In this document: positions 8,266 to 17,394 of the stretch, piece by piece
Numbering within the stretch: the stretch's first letter is position 1
Layout: each line of letters opens with the position of its first letter
Source: an uncultured virus (IMG/VR IMGVR_UViG_3300011955_000032)
Taxonomy: Duplodnaviria; Heunggongvirae; Uroviricota; Caudoviricetes
IMG/VR virus record: IMGVR_UViG_3300011955_000032
Span: 47,239-67,238 of that record
DNA length: 20,000 bases
Reading direction: 5' to 3' (one strand)
Translations under genes and position numbers: made by a program
The notes under the pieces: model-generated
What the model saw: only the letters and a program-made list of their open reading frames with translations
The model's database searches: none
What the model was told of the DNA's origin: nothing

Positions 8266-8771
8266 AACAAGCACATACCGCTGGTGGCGACGCCGGCATT
8301 GTCTACACCCTGGAGATCCTCCGGCGCGGCCAGGTCATAGACCGCGAGGTGGTGCACAACCTGATGCCCGAGGAGGGCCGCAACCACGGCGTCTCCGTGA
8401 TGCTCAAGGGGGCCACACAGGCGGCGACCTGGTACATCGGCCTGTTCGAGGGCAACTATGTCCCGGTGGACTCGGACAAGGCGGCGACCTTCCCTACGCT
8501 GGCCACCGAGTGCACGGCCTACGCCCCGGCGACCCGCACGGCCTTCACCAGTGGCGCAGTGGCTGCCGGCACGACCGACAACACGGCCAGCCGGGCCGAG
8601 TTCACGTTCACCTCGGCCAAGACGGTCTATGGAGCTTTCCTCACCTCGGCCCAGGCCAAGGGCGCCGTCACGGGCGTGCTGCTGTCGGCCGCCCGCTTTA
8701 CCCAGCCCAAGGCGCTGCAGGTGGACGACGTGCTGCGCGTGACGGCCTCGTTCTCCCTGCAGTCGGCATAA
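8262..8771 (+). CDS. Minor tail/virion beta-sandwich protein, 169 aa
   Basis: Start re-assigned to ATG 8262 (ATGA overlap, aaaggga SD). HNLMPEEG...WYIGLF...TVYGAFL...GVLLSAARF...DDVLRVT pattern is typical of small tail proteins. Confidence 0.75.
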   Translation: MKQAHTAGGDAGIVYTLEILRRGQVIDREVVHNLMPEEGRNHGVSVMLKGATQAATWYIGLFEGNYVPVDSDKAATFPTLATECTAYAPATRTAFTSGAVAAGTTDNTASRAEFTFTSAKTVYGAFLTSAQAKGAVTGVLLSAARFTQPKALQVDDVLRVTASFSLQSA

Positions 8772-8782
8772 GGACCAGCACC

Positions 8783-9223
8783 ATGACCACGTACGTTTCC
8801 ACGGGCCTGCAACGACAGATGCTCAATGCTGGCGGCTTCAAGGAAGTGATGGACGGCAGTGAGGTTCGCCTCTACGCCGGCCTGCGTCCTGACAGCGCGG
8901 ATGCCAGCATCGGCGGTGCCACGCTGCTGTGCACGATCAAGAACGGGTCCTCTGGCATCACCTTCGATGCCGACACCACGCCCGGCGTGCTGCTCAAGCC
9001 CACCGGCGAGACTTGGCAGGGCACGAACGTGGCCAGCGGCACGCCCAGCTTCTACCGGATGGTCAAGTCCGACGACACGGGAGCTGCCTCCACGACGGCT
9101 GCACGCGTGCAGGGCGATGTCGGCGTGGTCGGCTCAGATCTCAACATCTCGTCTGGCGCGCTTACTGCAGGTGCTCCGCAGTCCATCGAGTACTACGCCG
9201 TCTCTGTGCTGCCGGCGGCCTGA
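8783..9223 (+). CDS. Minor tail/virion protein, 146 aa
   Basis: Start re-assigned to ATG 8783 after the SD aagga. VRLYAG.RP.SADA...GTPSFYRM...RVQGDVG..GSDL is a recurrent small tail-protein pattern. Confidence 0.75.
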   Translation: MTTYVSTGLQRQMLNAGGFKEVMDGSEVRLYAGLRPDSADASIGGATLLCTIKNGSSGITFDADTTPGVLLKPTGETWQGTNVASGTPSFYRMVKSDDTGAASTTAARVQGDVGVVGSDLNISSGALTAGAPQSIEYYAVSVLPAA

Positions 9224-9230
9224 GCGCGCC

Positions 9231-11156
9231 ATGGAGTTTCCGTCCCGCACCGGCGGCGCCCAGGGCGGGCTGATCAAGGGCAACCTGTTCGCCCAGTCCG
9301 GCATGCCCGCATTCAGCCACACCCGGCACGGCGACGCCGTGATCCACACGGTCAACGGCCGCATTGCGATCACGCGCGACCAGGCGGGCGGCCTGCCTCC
9401 CTACCTGATGTGCCAGCTCTATCTGGACGGTGTGCTGGGCACGAAGCGCGCGGGCATCGAGGCCGATGTGCAGACGCTGGAGACCTTCGGGGATACGCCG
9501 GCAGCAGGGCAGGACTGGCGCAGCGGCAACGGCGTGTTCGTTGGCGATGGGTACTTCCTGTGCCTGCGCCGCAATGCCGAGAGCACGGCGGCCCGTCCGG
9601 CGCTGATCAACATCGATGACCCCGAGGCGCCTGCGGTGGATTCACGGTCGGCCGACAACGTGGCCGGGGCCAATGTGTTCTTCGATGTGCCGTACCTGAT
9701 GGAGCGCACCACGGGTGCGGGCTGCCTGTTCCCTTCGGTGATGGCCTGCGGCTGGCGCGACAGCGCGCGGCGCTACGGCTTCGCGGTCTTCGGGATCCTG
9801 GTGGATGGCACCTCGATCCTGCAGTCGCGCTATGTCTGCTTCGTCGGCGACACCGGCACGCGCTCCGTACGAATGATCGACCTCCCAACGCTGCCGGACT
9901 CGCCTTTCCCTGTGCTTGTCTACGGCGACCCCGACCGCAAGGTCTACAAGACCAGTTGGTGGGGCGTGGAGACCTGCGACTACCGTACCTATTACAGCGA
10001 GGCAGAAGGCACGACGCTGGACCCTGGGCCTGCTCGCTGCTACTGCATCGCGCCCGGCCACCTGGTCACGGTGCTGATGCCACAGGAGCGCCTGGACGTG
10101 CCGCCCGATGCGCAGGGCGGATACACCATCCACCCAAATCGCCTACCAGCAGGTTCGGCCCCGCGCCTGCTGCGCTCGCGCGACTTCGGCGAGACCTGGA
10201 GCATCGAGAGCGCTGATTTCCTGATTGCCGACGATCCGCCAGCGCCTGATCCCCTGTTCGACGGCACGCCAACCCAGCGCGTGAGCTGGCAGTCCATGTT
10301 CATCGCGGCGCCATTCGGCGATGGCCGCGTGGCCCTGACCGCCCACGGCAAGAGCCTGGGCAGCTTCTCCTATGAAACGGCCGAGAACGAGAACTTCGCA
10401 TCCGCGCACCGGGCCTGGCGCTTCTACGTGGCCGACAGCCACGGCAGCGGCTTTCGCAACGTGCCCTGGCCGCTGGACCAGATGCGTGGCTACTTCGAGA
10501 GCGTGCTGGACCTGGGCGGCGATGCCGAGCGCAGCTACGAGTACCCGCTGTTCTATCCGGACCAGCGCGCTGCGCGTGCGTACTCCTTCGGGCCGGGCAA
10601 CTTCACGATCTGCACCATGCGCTCGCACCTGTCCCTGCCGGGCCTGGTCTGGGGCAGCTATCCCCAGGACTACCCGGTCACGGCATGGATGACCGGCGAC
10701 TACGGCCTGACCTGGACAGCCCACCTGGTGCCCGACAGCTGCAAGCCCTATGCGACACGGCTGCAGGAGCTCAAGGACGCCTACGGCATGGGCACCGGCA
10801 ACGGCAGCCAGCTCAGCGACGGCTGGGCGCTGAACTGGTTCAAGCTGGGGTTCTATGAGCCCGCCGTGCCAGCCGGCGCCGAGGCCGCGCAGCCGCCGCT
10901 GGTGACGGTGATGACGCACGATGTGGTGGGGCCGCTGCTGCTGTGTGCCAGCACCGACGCGGCCGCGCCCGTCGAGAGCCTGGCGCCCATCAAGGAGCCC
11001 AGCTCCATCGACATCACCGTGGCCGCTGACCCGACCAACATCTATGCGGAATTCAGCCGCGTGCCCTACGAGTGGTTCTACACCGGCGACGCGCTCAATC
11101 CCATGTACCCGGAGCTGGTGTACCCGGGCTATCCAGAATTCGAGGTGGAGCCATGA
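9231..11156 (+). CDS. Asp-box (BNR) beta-propeller protein, 641 aa, candidate receptor-binding/tail protein
   Basis: Start re-assigned to ATG 9231, 7 nt after the previous stop. Asp-box motifs SRDFGETW (~10176-10199) and TGDYGLTW (~10692-10715). ATGA-coupled to the next gene. Confidence 0.7.
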   Translation: MEFPSRTGGAQGGLIKGNLFAQSGMPAFSHTRHGDAVIHTVNGRIAITRDQAGGLPPYLMCQLYLDGVLGTKRAGIEADVQTLETFGDTPAAGQDWRSGNGVFVGDGYFLCLRRNAESTAARPALINIDDPEAPAVDSRSADNVAGANVFFDVPYLMERTTGAGCLFPSVMACGWRDSARRYGFAVFGILVDGTSILQSRYVCFVGDTGTRSVRMIDLPTLPDSPFPVLVYGDPDRKVYKTSWWGVETCDYRTYYSEAEGTTLDPGPARCYCIAPGHLVTVLMPQERLDVPPDAQGGYTIHPNRLPAGSAPRLLRSRDFGETWSIESADFLIADDPPAPDPLFDGTPTQRVSWQSMFIAAPFGDGRVALTAHGKSLGSFSYETAENENFASAHRAWRFYVADSHGSGFRNVPWPLDQMRGYFESVLDLGGDAERSYEYPLFYPDQRAARAYSFGPGNFTICTMRSHLSLPGLVWGSYPQDYPVTAWMTGDYGLTWTAHLVPDSCKPYATRLQELKDAYGMGTGNGSQLSDGWALNWFKLGFYEPAVPAGAEAAQPPLVTVMTHDVVGPLLLCASTDAAAPVESLAPIKEPSSIDITVAADPTNIYAEFSRVPYEWFYTGDALNPMYPELVYPGYPEFEVEP

Positions 11157-13177
11157 CGACGCTCATCAAATCGGAGCGCTTCGACACGCCCGAGCCATTG
11201 CCTCCCGTGCCTCCGGTGGTGCGCCGATACACGGTCACCACCCAGGTGCCGAAGTACGGCCGCATCCCGGTTTTCACGCGCGCAGAGGCGGATGTGATCC
11301 TGTACCCCAAAGTGCCAACGGCATTGGCGAGGGCGGGCATGGACCTGAACGGCAACTGGATCCTGGTGCACAACTGGTACAAGACCGTCATCACGGGCTA
11401 CACGACGGTGACGGAGGTGCGCACAGATGTGATCCCGCAGCCACAGCCCCCCCAGCCTACGGCGACTCCTGTGCCAGATGCATGGGACGCCACAGCCCGC
11501 TCGATCGACGCCTTCGCGGACCCTGTGCGCGCCACGTTCGCATTGGGACCGGGGACGCGCGGGGCGGTGCGGGCTGGGCTGACCTTCCTGGAAGCCAAGC
11601 CGGGCACGGAGCAGAGCCACATCATCCACGGCTTCAAGGTCGAGTCCGGCATGGCCTATGTGCAGACGCAGGCGCCCGCCGGTTTCCCGCCCTCTGACGC
11701 TGCCACGGAGACCATCATGCCGGCCCGCAGCGTTGTGCCCGGCGATGTGATGCGCATCGATGTGGTGGCCGGCGTGGTGAGCTACTTCGTCAACGACCAG
11801 TTGATGGCGCGCGGTCCGTCCTATCTGTCCAACTTCCCGGCGCACCTGGGTGCCGCCCTGTACTCGACAGCGGACTCAATCCAGGGCGCCACCATCGAGC
11901 CACTTGGCGCCACGGGCCGGGGCCAGGCCCAGCTGAAGCTGGTGGCGGTGGGTGGCCCCACCGACGCTGGCAGGCTGAAGCTGCGCCTGCATGCCAAAGG
12001 CGGTCAGACCGGTAACGGCTTCAAGCTGCGCCTACACGCCACCGGCGGCGACAGGCCGCCCGGCTACGGCCAGGCCCACCTGCCGGCACTGCGCGCCCAG
12101 GGGTTTGGCTACACCGGGGCGACGGCACAAGCCACAGTGCGCCTGTTCTCGCGGGTGGTGTCGTTTGGCAGCGACAGGCCCTACAGTGCGGGGGCTCTGG
12201 TATTGCAGCTGGCCACCCTGGCGCGCACGGAGGCACCGGCCACCGAGGTGATCGGCTCAGCTCGGGGCGTGATGGCGGTGCTGGAGTCCACGGCCACATT
12301 CCCGCACGCCGGGGCCTACGAGGTGGTGCGCGGCGGGGCACAGTTCGAGGGGGCAATCTCTCCAGTGCTGCCGCATCAGGCTGCAGGCCGGGCTACTGCA
12401 GTGTTCAAGGGATCGCGCCGCCTGCTCGATGAGTTGCTGGTGCGTTGCCGGGGCAGCAGTGCCTTCGGCGCCCAGCGGCTGCTGGATGGCGCGCTGGTGG
12501 CACAGGGGCAGATTGGCGCGCAATGGCTGGGCCTGCTGCTGGTCTCGGAGTCGCTGCACACCGTTGGCGTGGCCGGCGTGGACCTGCTGGGCCAGCGCAC
12601 CGTCGGTGAGGCCTTCACCACAGGCGCCACGGGCGACATCGCAGTGCAGGCCGGCCAGGTGCTGCAGGCCGCGCTGCAGGCGCTGGGCTATGCCGGCGTG
12701 GCGGTGGGCGAACCTGGCCGCAACCTGTCGGTCTGGTCGATCAACACCGCCACGGGCGCGAGCTCGGCCTATGAGGGCTATCCCTTCAACAGCTTCGCGC
12801 GCATCGGCGGCCGGTACTTCGGCGCCACGGCGGACGGAATCTACGAGCTGGAGGGCAACGACGACGCCGGCCAGCCCATCGCAGCCCACGCCAACTTGGG
12901 GCAGCGCAATTTCGGCTCCAACCGCCTGAAGGCCTGGCCTACAGCCTACCTGGGTGTGTCCAGCCGTGGGCACATGGTGGTGCGCGTGACAACAGAACGC
13001 GAGACGTACACCTACCGGGCGCGCAGCAGTGGCCGGGACATGCAGACCCAGCGCGTGGACTTCGGCCGGGGCCTGCGCGCCAACTACATCACGCTGGAGC
13101 TCATGAACGAGTGCGGCGCCGACTTTGACCTCGATGGCATCGAGTTCACGGTCGTTGAACTTGGAAGGAGGATCTGA
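11153..13177 (+). CDS. Phage tail/virion structural protein, 674 aa
   Basis: Start re-assigned to ATG 11153 (ATGA overlap, gaggtggag SD). The C-terminal ~150 aa (WSINTATGASSAYEGYPFNSFARIGGRYFGATADGIYEL...RVDFGRGLRANY) looks like a conserved phage tail domain. Confidence 0.7.
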   Translation: MTTLIKSERFDTPEPLPPVPPVVRRYTVTTQVPKYGRIPVFTRAEADVILYPKVPTALARAGMDLNGNWILVHNWYKTVITGYTTVTEVRTDVIPQPQPPQPTATPVPDAWDATARSIDAFADPVRATFALGPGTRGAVRAGLTFLEAKPGTEQSHIIHGFKVESGMAYVQTQAPAGFPPSDAATETIMPARSVVPGDVMRIDVVAGVVSYFVNDQLMARGPSYLSNFPAHLGAALYSTADSIQGATIEPLGATGRGQAQLKLVAVGGPTDAGRLKLRLHAKGGQTGNGFKLRLHATGGDRPPGYGQAHLPALRAQGFGYTGATAQATVRLFSRVVSFGSDRPYSAGALVLQLATLARTEAPATEVIGSARGVMAVLESTATFPHAGAYEVVRGGAQFEGAISPVLPHQAAGRATAVFKGSRRLLDELLVRCRGSSAFGAQRLLDGALVAQGQIGAQWLGLLLVSESLHTVGVAGVDLLGQRTVGEAFTTGATGDIAVQAGQVLQAALQALGYAGVAVGEPGRNLSVWSINTATGASSAYEGYPFNSFARIGGRYFGATADGIYELEGNDDAGQPIAAHANLGQRNFGSNRLKAWPTAYLGVSSRGHMVVRVTTERETYTYRARSSGRDMQTQRVDFGRGLRANYITLELMNECGADFDLDGIEFTVVELGRRI

Positions 13178-13179
13178 GC

Positions 13180-14592
13180 ATGGCCACCGAAAGCACGAAT
13201 ATCAGCATCATCATGCTGGAGCGGATATGGGAGCTGCTGAACGGCATCATCGATGAGAAGAACAGCGCTGCCGAATCGCAGCTCAATGCTGCACTGGGAG
13301 CTGCAGGCTCCGTCGCGGTAGAGTTCGATAAAGGCGCAGCCACAGCGGCCGCCTCTGCCATCAATGCGGTCACAGCCCCAGCACTGGGGCCGATGACATC
13401 GCCCGGCACTCCGGCATTGCTGCCCTCGGCGCCAGACCCGGGCCAGGCCCCGACACCCGTGGCGATCCTGACTCCGGGCCTGGGAGCTATCGACCCGATG
13501 GCGGACTACGGCCAGGCGCCTGCATTCGACGATGCCGATGCCTTCACCATGGACAGCCTGCGCAACCTCTACGAGAACGACCGGGCCGAAATGCTGCAGC
13601 AGCTGGAGTTCTCGTTCCAGGGCTTCATGGCCGAGTACTTCCCGCCAGGGGGCTACTTCGACATGGCCACGGCCTGGCTGGAGCGCGTGCTCGATGCCCA
13701 GGGCACCGGCATTCCCATCGCCGTGGAAAGCGCCCTGTGGGAGCGCGACCGGGCACGGCTCACGGCCGAAGCCAGCCGCGCGGAGGACGAGGCGCTGACG
13801 ATGTGGGCGGGCCGCGGCTACGCGCTGCCGCCCGGCGCCCTGGTGCACAGCACCCAGCTGATCCGGGCCGGCCTGACCAATGCGCTGGCCCAGCAGTCGC
13901 GCGACATCGCAATCAAGGTCACGGACGTGCACGTCGAGAACGCGCGCCTCGCAGTGGGGCAGGCCGCGCAGATCCGCTCCCAGGCCATCGGCGCCGCAGT
14001 GGAGTACGTCAAGGCCCTTATGGTCAGCCCACAGTACGTGGGCCAGTGGCTGGGCGCACTGCTGGATGGGCGTGCCAAGCTGGTCGGCGCCCAGGCCGAC
14101 GTGTTCCGCACGCGGGCCGGCGTGGCAGTGGACGTGTTCAAGGTCGGCGCGCAGACCCAGCTCGACAAGTTCAAGACCTCGGCCGATGTGGGGATCGAGT
14201 CCGCCAAGACGCAAAACGCCACGGGCCTGGAGGCCTATCGCGTCGGCGCCGACGTGGGCCGTCAGCAATTCCAGGCCGAATTGGACCTGTACCGCAGCTC
14301 CGAGCAATTCCGGCTGGAGCACTTCAAGACAGTGGAGGACCGGGCCCTGCGCTACTTCGAAGGCGAGTTGCGCGCGGCCCAGGTCAAGGGCGAGATGCTG
14401 ACTCGGGCCGGCGAGTTGGGCGCCCGTGTCAGTGAAGGCGTCTCGAAGGTGGAGCTGGAGAAGGCGCAGATGAAGGTCCAAGCCATGATGGAGGCCGCCA
14501 AGATGCTGGCTACCCAGTGCGCCGCTGCCCTGAACAACATGCAGTTGTCGGCCCAGGCCAGCAATTCGTCCACGACCAGCGGACGCATGTAG
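13180..14592 (+). CDS. Alpha-helical virion protein, 470 aa, with a Pro-rich linker and 11-residue repeats
   Basis: aggagg SD. Ala/Glu/Gln-rich helical sequence with aromatic residues at ~11-aa spacing over ~14100-14370. Confidence 0.75.
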   Translation: MATESTNISIIMLERIWELLNGIIDEKNSAAESQLNAALGAAGSVAVEFDKGAATAAASAINAVTAPALGPMTSPGTPALLPSAPDPGQAPTPVAILTPGLGAIDPMADYGQAPAFDDADAFTMDSLRNLYENDRAEMLQQLEFSFQGFMAEYFPPGGYFDMATAWLERVLDAQGTGIPIAVESALWERDRARLTAEASRAEDEALTMWAGRGYALPPGALVHSTQLIRAGLTNALAQQSRDIAIKVTDVHVENARLAVGQAAQIRSQAIGAAVEYVKALMVSPQYVGQWLGALLDGRAKLVGAQADVFRTRAGVAVDVFKVGAQTQLDKFKTSADVGIESAKTQNATGLEAYRVGADVGRQQFQAELDLYRSSEQFRLEHFKTVEDRALRYFEGELRAAQVKGEMLTRAGELGARVSEGVSKVELEKAQMKVQAMMEAAKMLATQCAAALNNMQLSAQASNSSTTSGRM

Positions 14593-14596
14593 CCTG

Positions 14597-14646
14597 CCCC
14601 CGGCTAGGGTTCGCCTCCGGGTGGCCCTGCCGGGACACTGCGGGGC
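14597..14646 (+). promoter_or_regulatory. Late-promoter-like motif copy 2 (CCCCCG-gct-AGGGTTCG-N20-GACACT-N7-ATG)
   Basis: Occupies almost the whole intergenic gap, with the same spacing as copies 1 and 3. Confidence 0.75.
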
Positions 14647-15003
14647 ATGACCAAGCCGGCCAATCTCAAACTGCAGATCTACCAGGGCGCGACCTTTCGC
14701 AAGCGCCTGCGCTGGCTCAACCCCGACAAGACCCCCATCGACCTGACGGGCTGCACGGCTCGCATGCAGGTGCGTGAGGAAGTGGAGTCCGCGGCTGTCC
14801 TGCTGGAGCTGACCACGGAGAACGGTCGAATTGCCTTGGGCGGCACGGCCGGCACGATGGACCTGCTGATCGACGCTGGCACCACGGCCGCCATCACCTG
14901 GGGCGGCGGGGTCTGGGACCTGGAGATCGTCCACCCCGGCGGCGAGGTCACGCGCCTGGCCCAAGGCTCCTGCTGCGTGAGCCCGGAGGTCACCCGTGAC
15001 TGA
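14647..15003 (+). CDS. Tail collar/fibre adaptor beta-sandwich protein, 118 aa (LtfC/BppU-N-like)
   Basis: IYQGATF...PIDLTGCTARMQVR...GVWDLEI...VTRLAQG...VSPEVTR pattern is typical of fibre-attachment domains. Confidence 0.75.
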   Translation: MTKPANLKLQIYQGATFRKRLRWLNPDKTPIDLTGCTARMQVREEVESAAVLLELTTENGRIALGGTAGTMDLLIDAGTTAAITWGGGVWDLEIVHPGGEVTRLAQGSCCVSPEVTRD

Positions 15004-15490
15004 TTTGCTGGTCGTCCAAGAGGTCGAGATCCTGGCGGAAGAGGCCCAGGACTCGGTGCTGGTCGAGCAGGTCGAGGAAATCGAGATCCTGGCTGTGGCG
15101 GAGCAGGGGCCTCCTGGCCGTCCCGGCGAGCCCGGCCCTGCCGGCGGCGCATCGGTGCAGCGAACGTCCGGCACGAACCTGTCGGCCTTGCTCGCGGTGT
15201 ACGAACTGAATGGCGTAGTGCGCGCGCTGAGCGCTGACGATGCGGCGCACATCGACCTGTTGCTGGGCATCACGATGACGGCGGCCCAGGTTGGCGAGCC
15301 CGTCAACGTCCAGAGGCTGGGGTCCATCGAGGACTCCAGCTGGAACTGGGTGCCAGGCCGGATTTACCTGGGTACCCATGGATCGCTCACCCAGACACCG
15401 CCTACAACCGGCTTTGACCTGCTCATCGGCTCCGCCACTTCCCCCACGCGCATCGCGCTGAATCTGCAAGACCCTATTTCACTGGAGTAA
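14996..15490 (+). CDS. Virion protein, 164 aa, with a short collagen-like segment
   Basis: GTG start after ggagg. QGPPGRPGEPGPAGG Gly-X-Y run, and WNWVPGRIYLGTHGSLTQTPP resembling decoration/cement-type domains. Confidence 0.75.
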   Translation: MTDLLVVQEVEILAEEAQDSVLVEQVEEIEILAVAEQGPPGRPGEPGPAGGASVQRTSGTNLSALLAVYELNGVVRALSADDAAHIDLLLGITMTAAQVGEPVNVQRLGSIEDSSWNWVPGRIYLGTHGSLTQTPPTTGFDLLIGSATSPTRIALNLQDPISLE

Positions 15491-15495
15491 GCACC

Positions 15496-16026
15496 ATGGC
15501 AACTCAACCTACCCAGGGCTTTCTGGCCCGTATCTCGGGCAAGACCCGCCAACTCTTCGGCCTGGCCGTGTCAACCGGCGCAGCGGACGCAGGCAAGCTC
15601 GTGGCCACCGGATCGGACGGGCGGCTGGACCCCTCGCTGTTGCCCGCCGGTATCGGTGCCAATACGACCATCGTGCCGGCAAGCGAAGCCATCGGTGCGG
15701 GCAAGTTCGTGAATTTCCATTCCAATGCTGGCGCACTGAATGTGCGACTGGCCGACAACAGCAATGGCCGTCAGGCCGATGGCTTCGTCAAGGATGCCGC
15801 GGCTTCGGCTGGCAGTGCCACCGTGTATCCCCTGGACACCACGAACTCCTCGCTGACTGGCCTGACGCCGGGCAGCCGGTATTGGCTCGGCACTGCGGGG
15901 GGTGTCCTCGCCGCGGCCCTCGATCCCACGGACACGGCCAATGCGAGCAAGGTCTGCCAGGAGCTGGGCACGGCCAAAAGCGCGACTGAACTGGTCACGG
16001 ATGATCTTGGCTACGTGACCCTCTGA
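15496..16026 (+). CDS. Virion protein, 176 aa (decoration/fibre-base-like)
   Basis: ggag SD. ASEAIGAGKFVN...ADGFV...GLTPGSRYWLGTAG pattern resembles the preceding gene's domain. Confidence 0.75.
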   Translation: MATQPTQGFLARISGKTRQLFGLAVSTGAADAGKLVATGSDGRLDPSLLPAGIGANTTIVPASEAIGAGKFVNFHSNAGALNVRLADNSNGRQADGFVKDAAASAGSATVYPLDTTNSSLTGLTPGSRYWLGTAGGVLAAALDPTDTANASKVCQELGTAKSATELVTDDLGYVTL

Positions 16027-16027
16027 A

Positions 16028-16855
16028 ATGACTGCACGGCGACCACTTGTCAGATTCGGCGGGCGCATTCGGCAGCTGCCCAGCGGCGACACGCTGTCTG
16101 GCGTGCGCGAGATGCTCACTGCCGCTCGCACCTACTATGTCCGCACTGATGGCAGCGACAGCAATACCGGGCTGAGCAATACTGCAGGCGGGGCGTTTGC
16201 GACGATACAGCGCGCAATGGATGTTGCTGGGATGCTGGATACAGGCATCTTCAATGTGACGGTTCAGGTCGCGGCTGGAAGCTACACGGGGACGGTGAAC
16301 ATTCCCTTGATGGTCGGCAGTGGGTTGCTTGAAATTATTGGCGATGTTTCCGTGCCTGCAAATTGCAGCTTTTCGTCATCTGGCACATGTTTTCAGGCGG
16401 CTGATTATGCGAAAGCTTCTGTCGTAGGATTCAAAGTATCTGGTTCTATTGGGATGCGTGGAGTTCGTGGCGGCGGTCTATTCTTTGCCTCAATTGATTT
16501 TGGTAGCTGTTCATCAAGCCACATAGAGGCGTCAAATGGTGGGTGGATTCGATCTACAGGTAACTACACAGTATCCGGAGCATCTCCACGACACATCTAC
16601 TCATTCACCCTGTCTCGAGTGCTAATACCAGGTGGAATTATCACCTTCAGTAGCACGTTTACTTATTCGGATGCTTTTGTACGATCCTCGCTGGGTTCCA
16701 GTGTCCAGGTGCAGGGTGCAGTGTTTTACGGTTCTGCCATCGGGTCAAGATATCGCGTGGAGTCCAATGCAGTGATCGATACTTTCGGAGCCGGGCCGAA
16801 CTATCTGCCCGGAAATGCAGCAGGCACGAATGACGGAACCGGGGCCTACACATGA
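16028..16855 (+). CDS. Tail fibre/spike, 275 aa, with a beta-helix-like C-terminal region
   Basis: TYYVRTDGSDSNTG...AFATIQRA...VQVAAGSY is a typical lead-in to a pectin-lyase-like beta-helix. The Gly/Ser-rich remainder has visibly lower GC. Followed by a chaperone-like gene. Confidence 0.8.
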   Translation: MTARRPLVRFGGRIRQLPSGDTLSGVREMLTAARTYYVRTDGSDSNTGLSNTAGGAFATIQRAMDVAGMLDTGIFNVTVQVAAGSYTGTVNIPLMVGSGLLEIIGDVSVPANCSFSSSGTCFQAADYAKASVVGFKVSGSIGMRGVRGGGLFFASIDFGSCSSSHIEASNGGWIRSTGNYTVSGASPRHIYSFTLSRVLIPGGIITFSSTFTYSDAFVRSSLGSSVQVQGAVFYGSAIGSRYRVESNAVIDTFGAGPNYLPGNAAGTNDGTGAYT

Positions 16856-17394
16856 CAACCTATCAGCTCACGGGTGAAAAATTTGTCTATCGGTGGGAGG
16901 GCGGGTTGCGTGTGACGATTCCGCTCATCGATTTCCCCGACCGGCTGCCAAACCCAGACGCTTTGGAATACCAAGCGTGGCTTGCCGCGGGCGGCATACC
17001 GCTGTCTGCCGAGTTGCGGCCGGCTGCCGAGATTGCCGCAGCCCTTCGCCAGGCCTTGGCCGTGGAGTACCGCAGGCGCATCCAGGTGATCGCCGCAGGC
17101 TACCCGCTGAGCGAGCGCGAATCGTGGCCCGTGCAGACAGAAGAGGCAAGGGCGCTTGAATCCGACCCAGCAGCGGGCACGCCCTGGATCGATGCTGCAG
17201 CGCTGGCGCGTGGCCTCGACCGCCTGGTGCTGGCAGAGCGCATCCGCGAGAAGGACGACAAGTACCGCCAGGTGCACGGCCTGCTGACGGGCACCCGGCA
17301 GCGCATCGAAGACCAGATCGACGCGGCGGCCGACGACGCCCTGGCGCTGTCGCTGATCGACGTTGGCGCGGGCTGGCCAGCGTCCCCCGTATAG
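16852..17394 (+). CDS. Tail fibre assembly/chaperone-like protein, 180 aa
   Basis: ATGA-coupled to the fibre. N..EYQAWLAAG and YP.SERESWPVQTEEARA...TPWID..A.ARG motifs are common in fibre-associated proteins. Confidence 0.75.
   Translation: MTTYQLTGEKFVYRWEGGLRVTIPLIDFPDRLPNPDALEYQAWLAAGGIPLSAELRPAAEIAAALRQALAVEYRRRIQVIAAGYPLSERESWPVQTEEARALESDPAAGTPWIDAAALARGLDRLVLAERIREKDDKYRQVHGLLTGTRQRIEDQIDAAADDALALSLIDVGAGWPASPV

Noticed and set aside
7935..11152. ORF-track starts at 7935, 8510, 8859 and 11072 (also 18298 and minus-strand 6462)
   Set aside because: These extensions overlap upstream genes. Downstream ATGs with SD, close spacing or ATGA coupling (8262, 8783, 9231, 11153, 18373, 6258) are better supported.
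13084..15327. 747-aa minus-strand ORF
   Set aside because: Spans several well-supported + strand genes and a conserved promoter motif. Expected in GC-rich DNA.
16028..16855. Diversity-generating retroelement or invertible fibre cassette
   Set aside because: No reverse transcriptase, invertase, template/variable repeat pair or flanking inverted repeats visible in the window.
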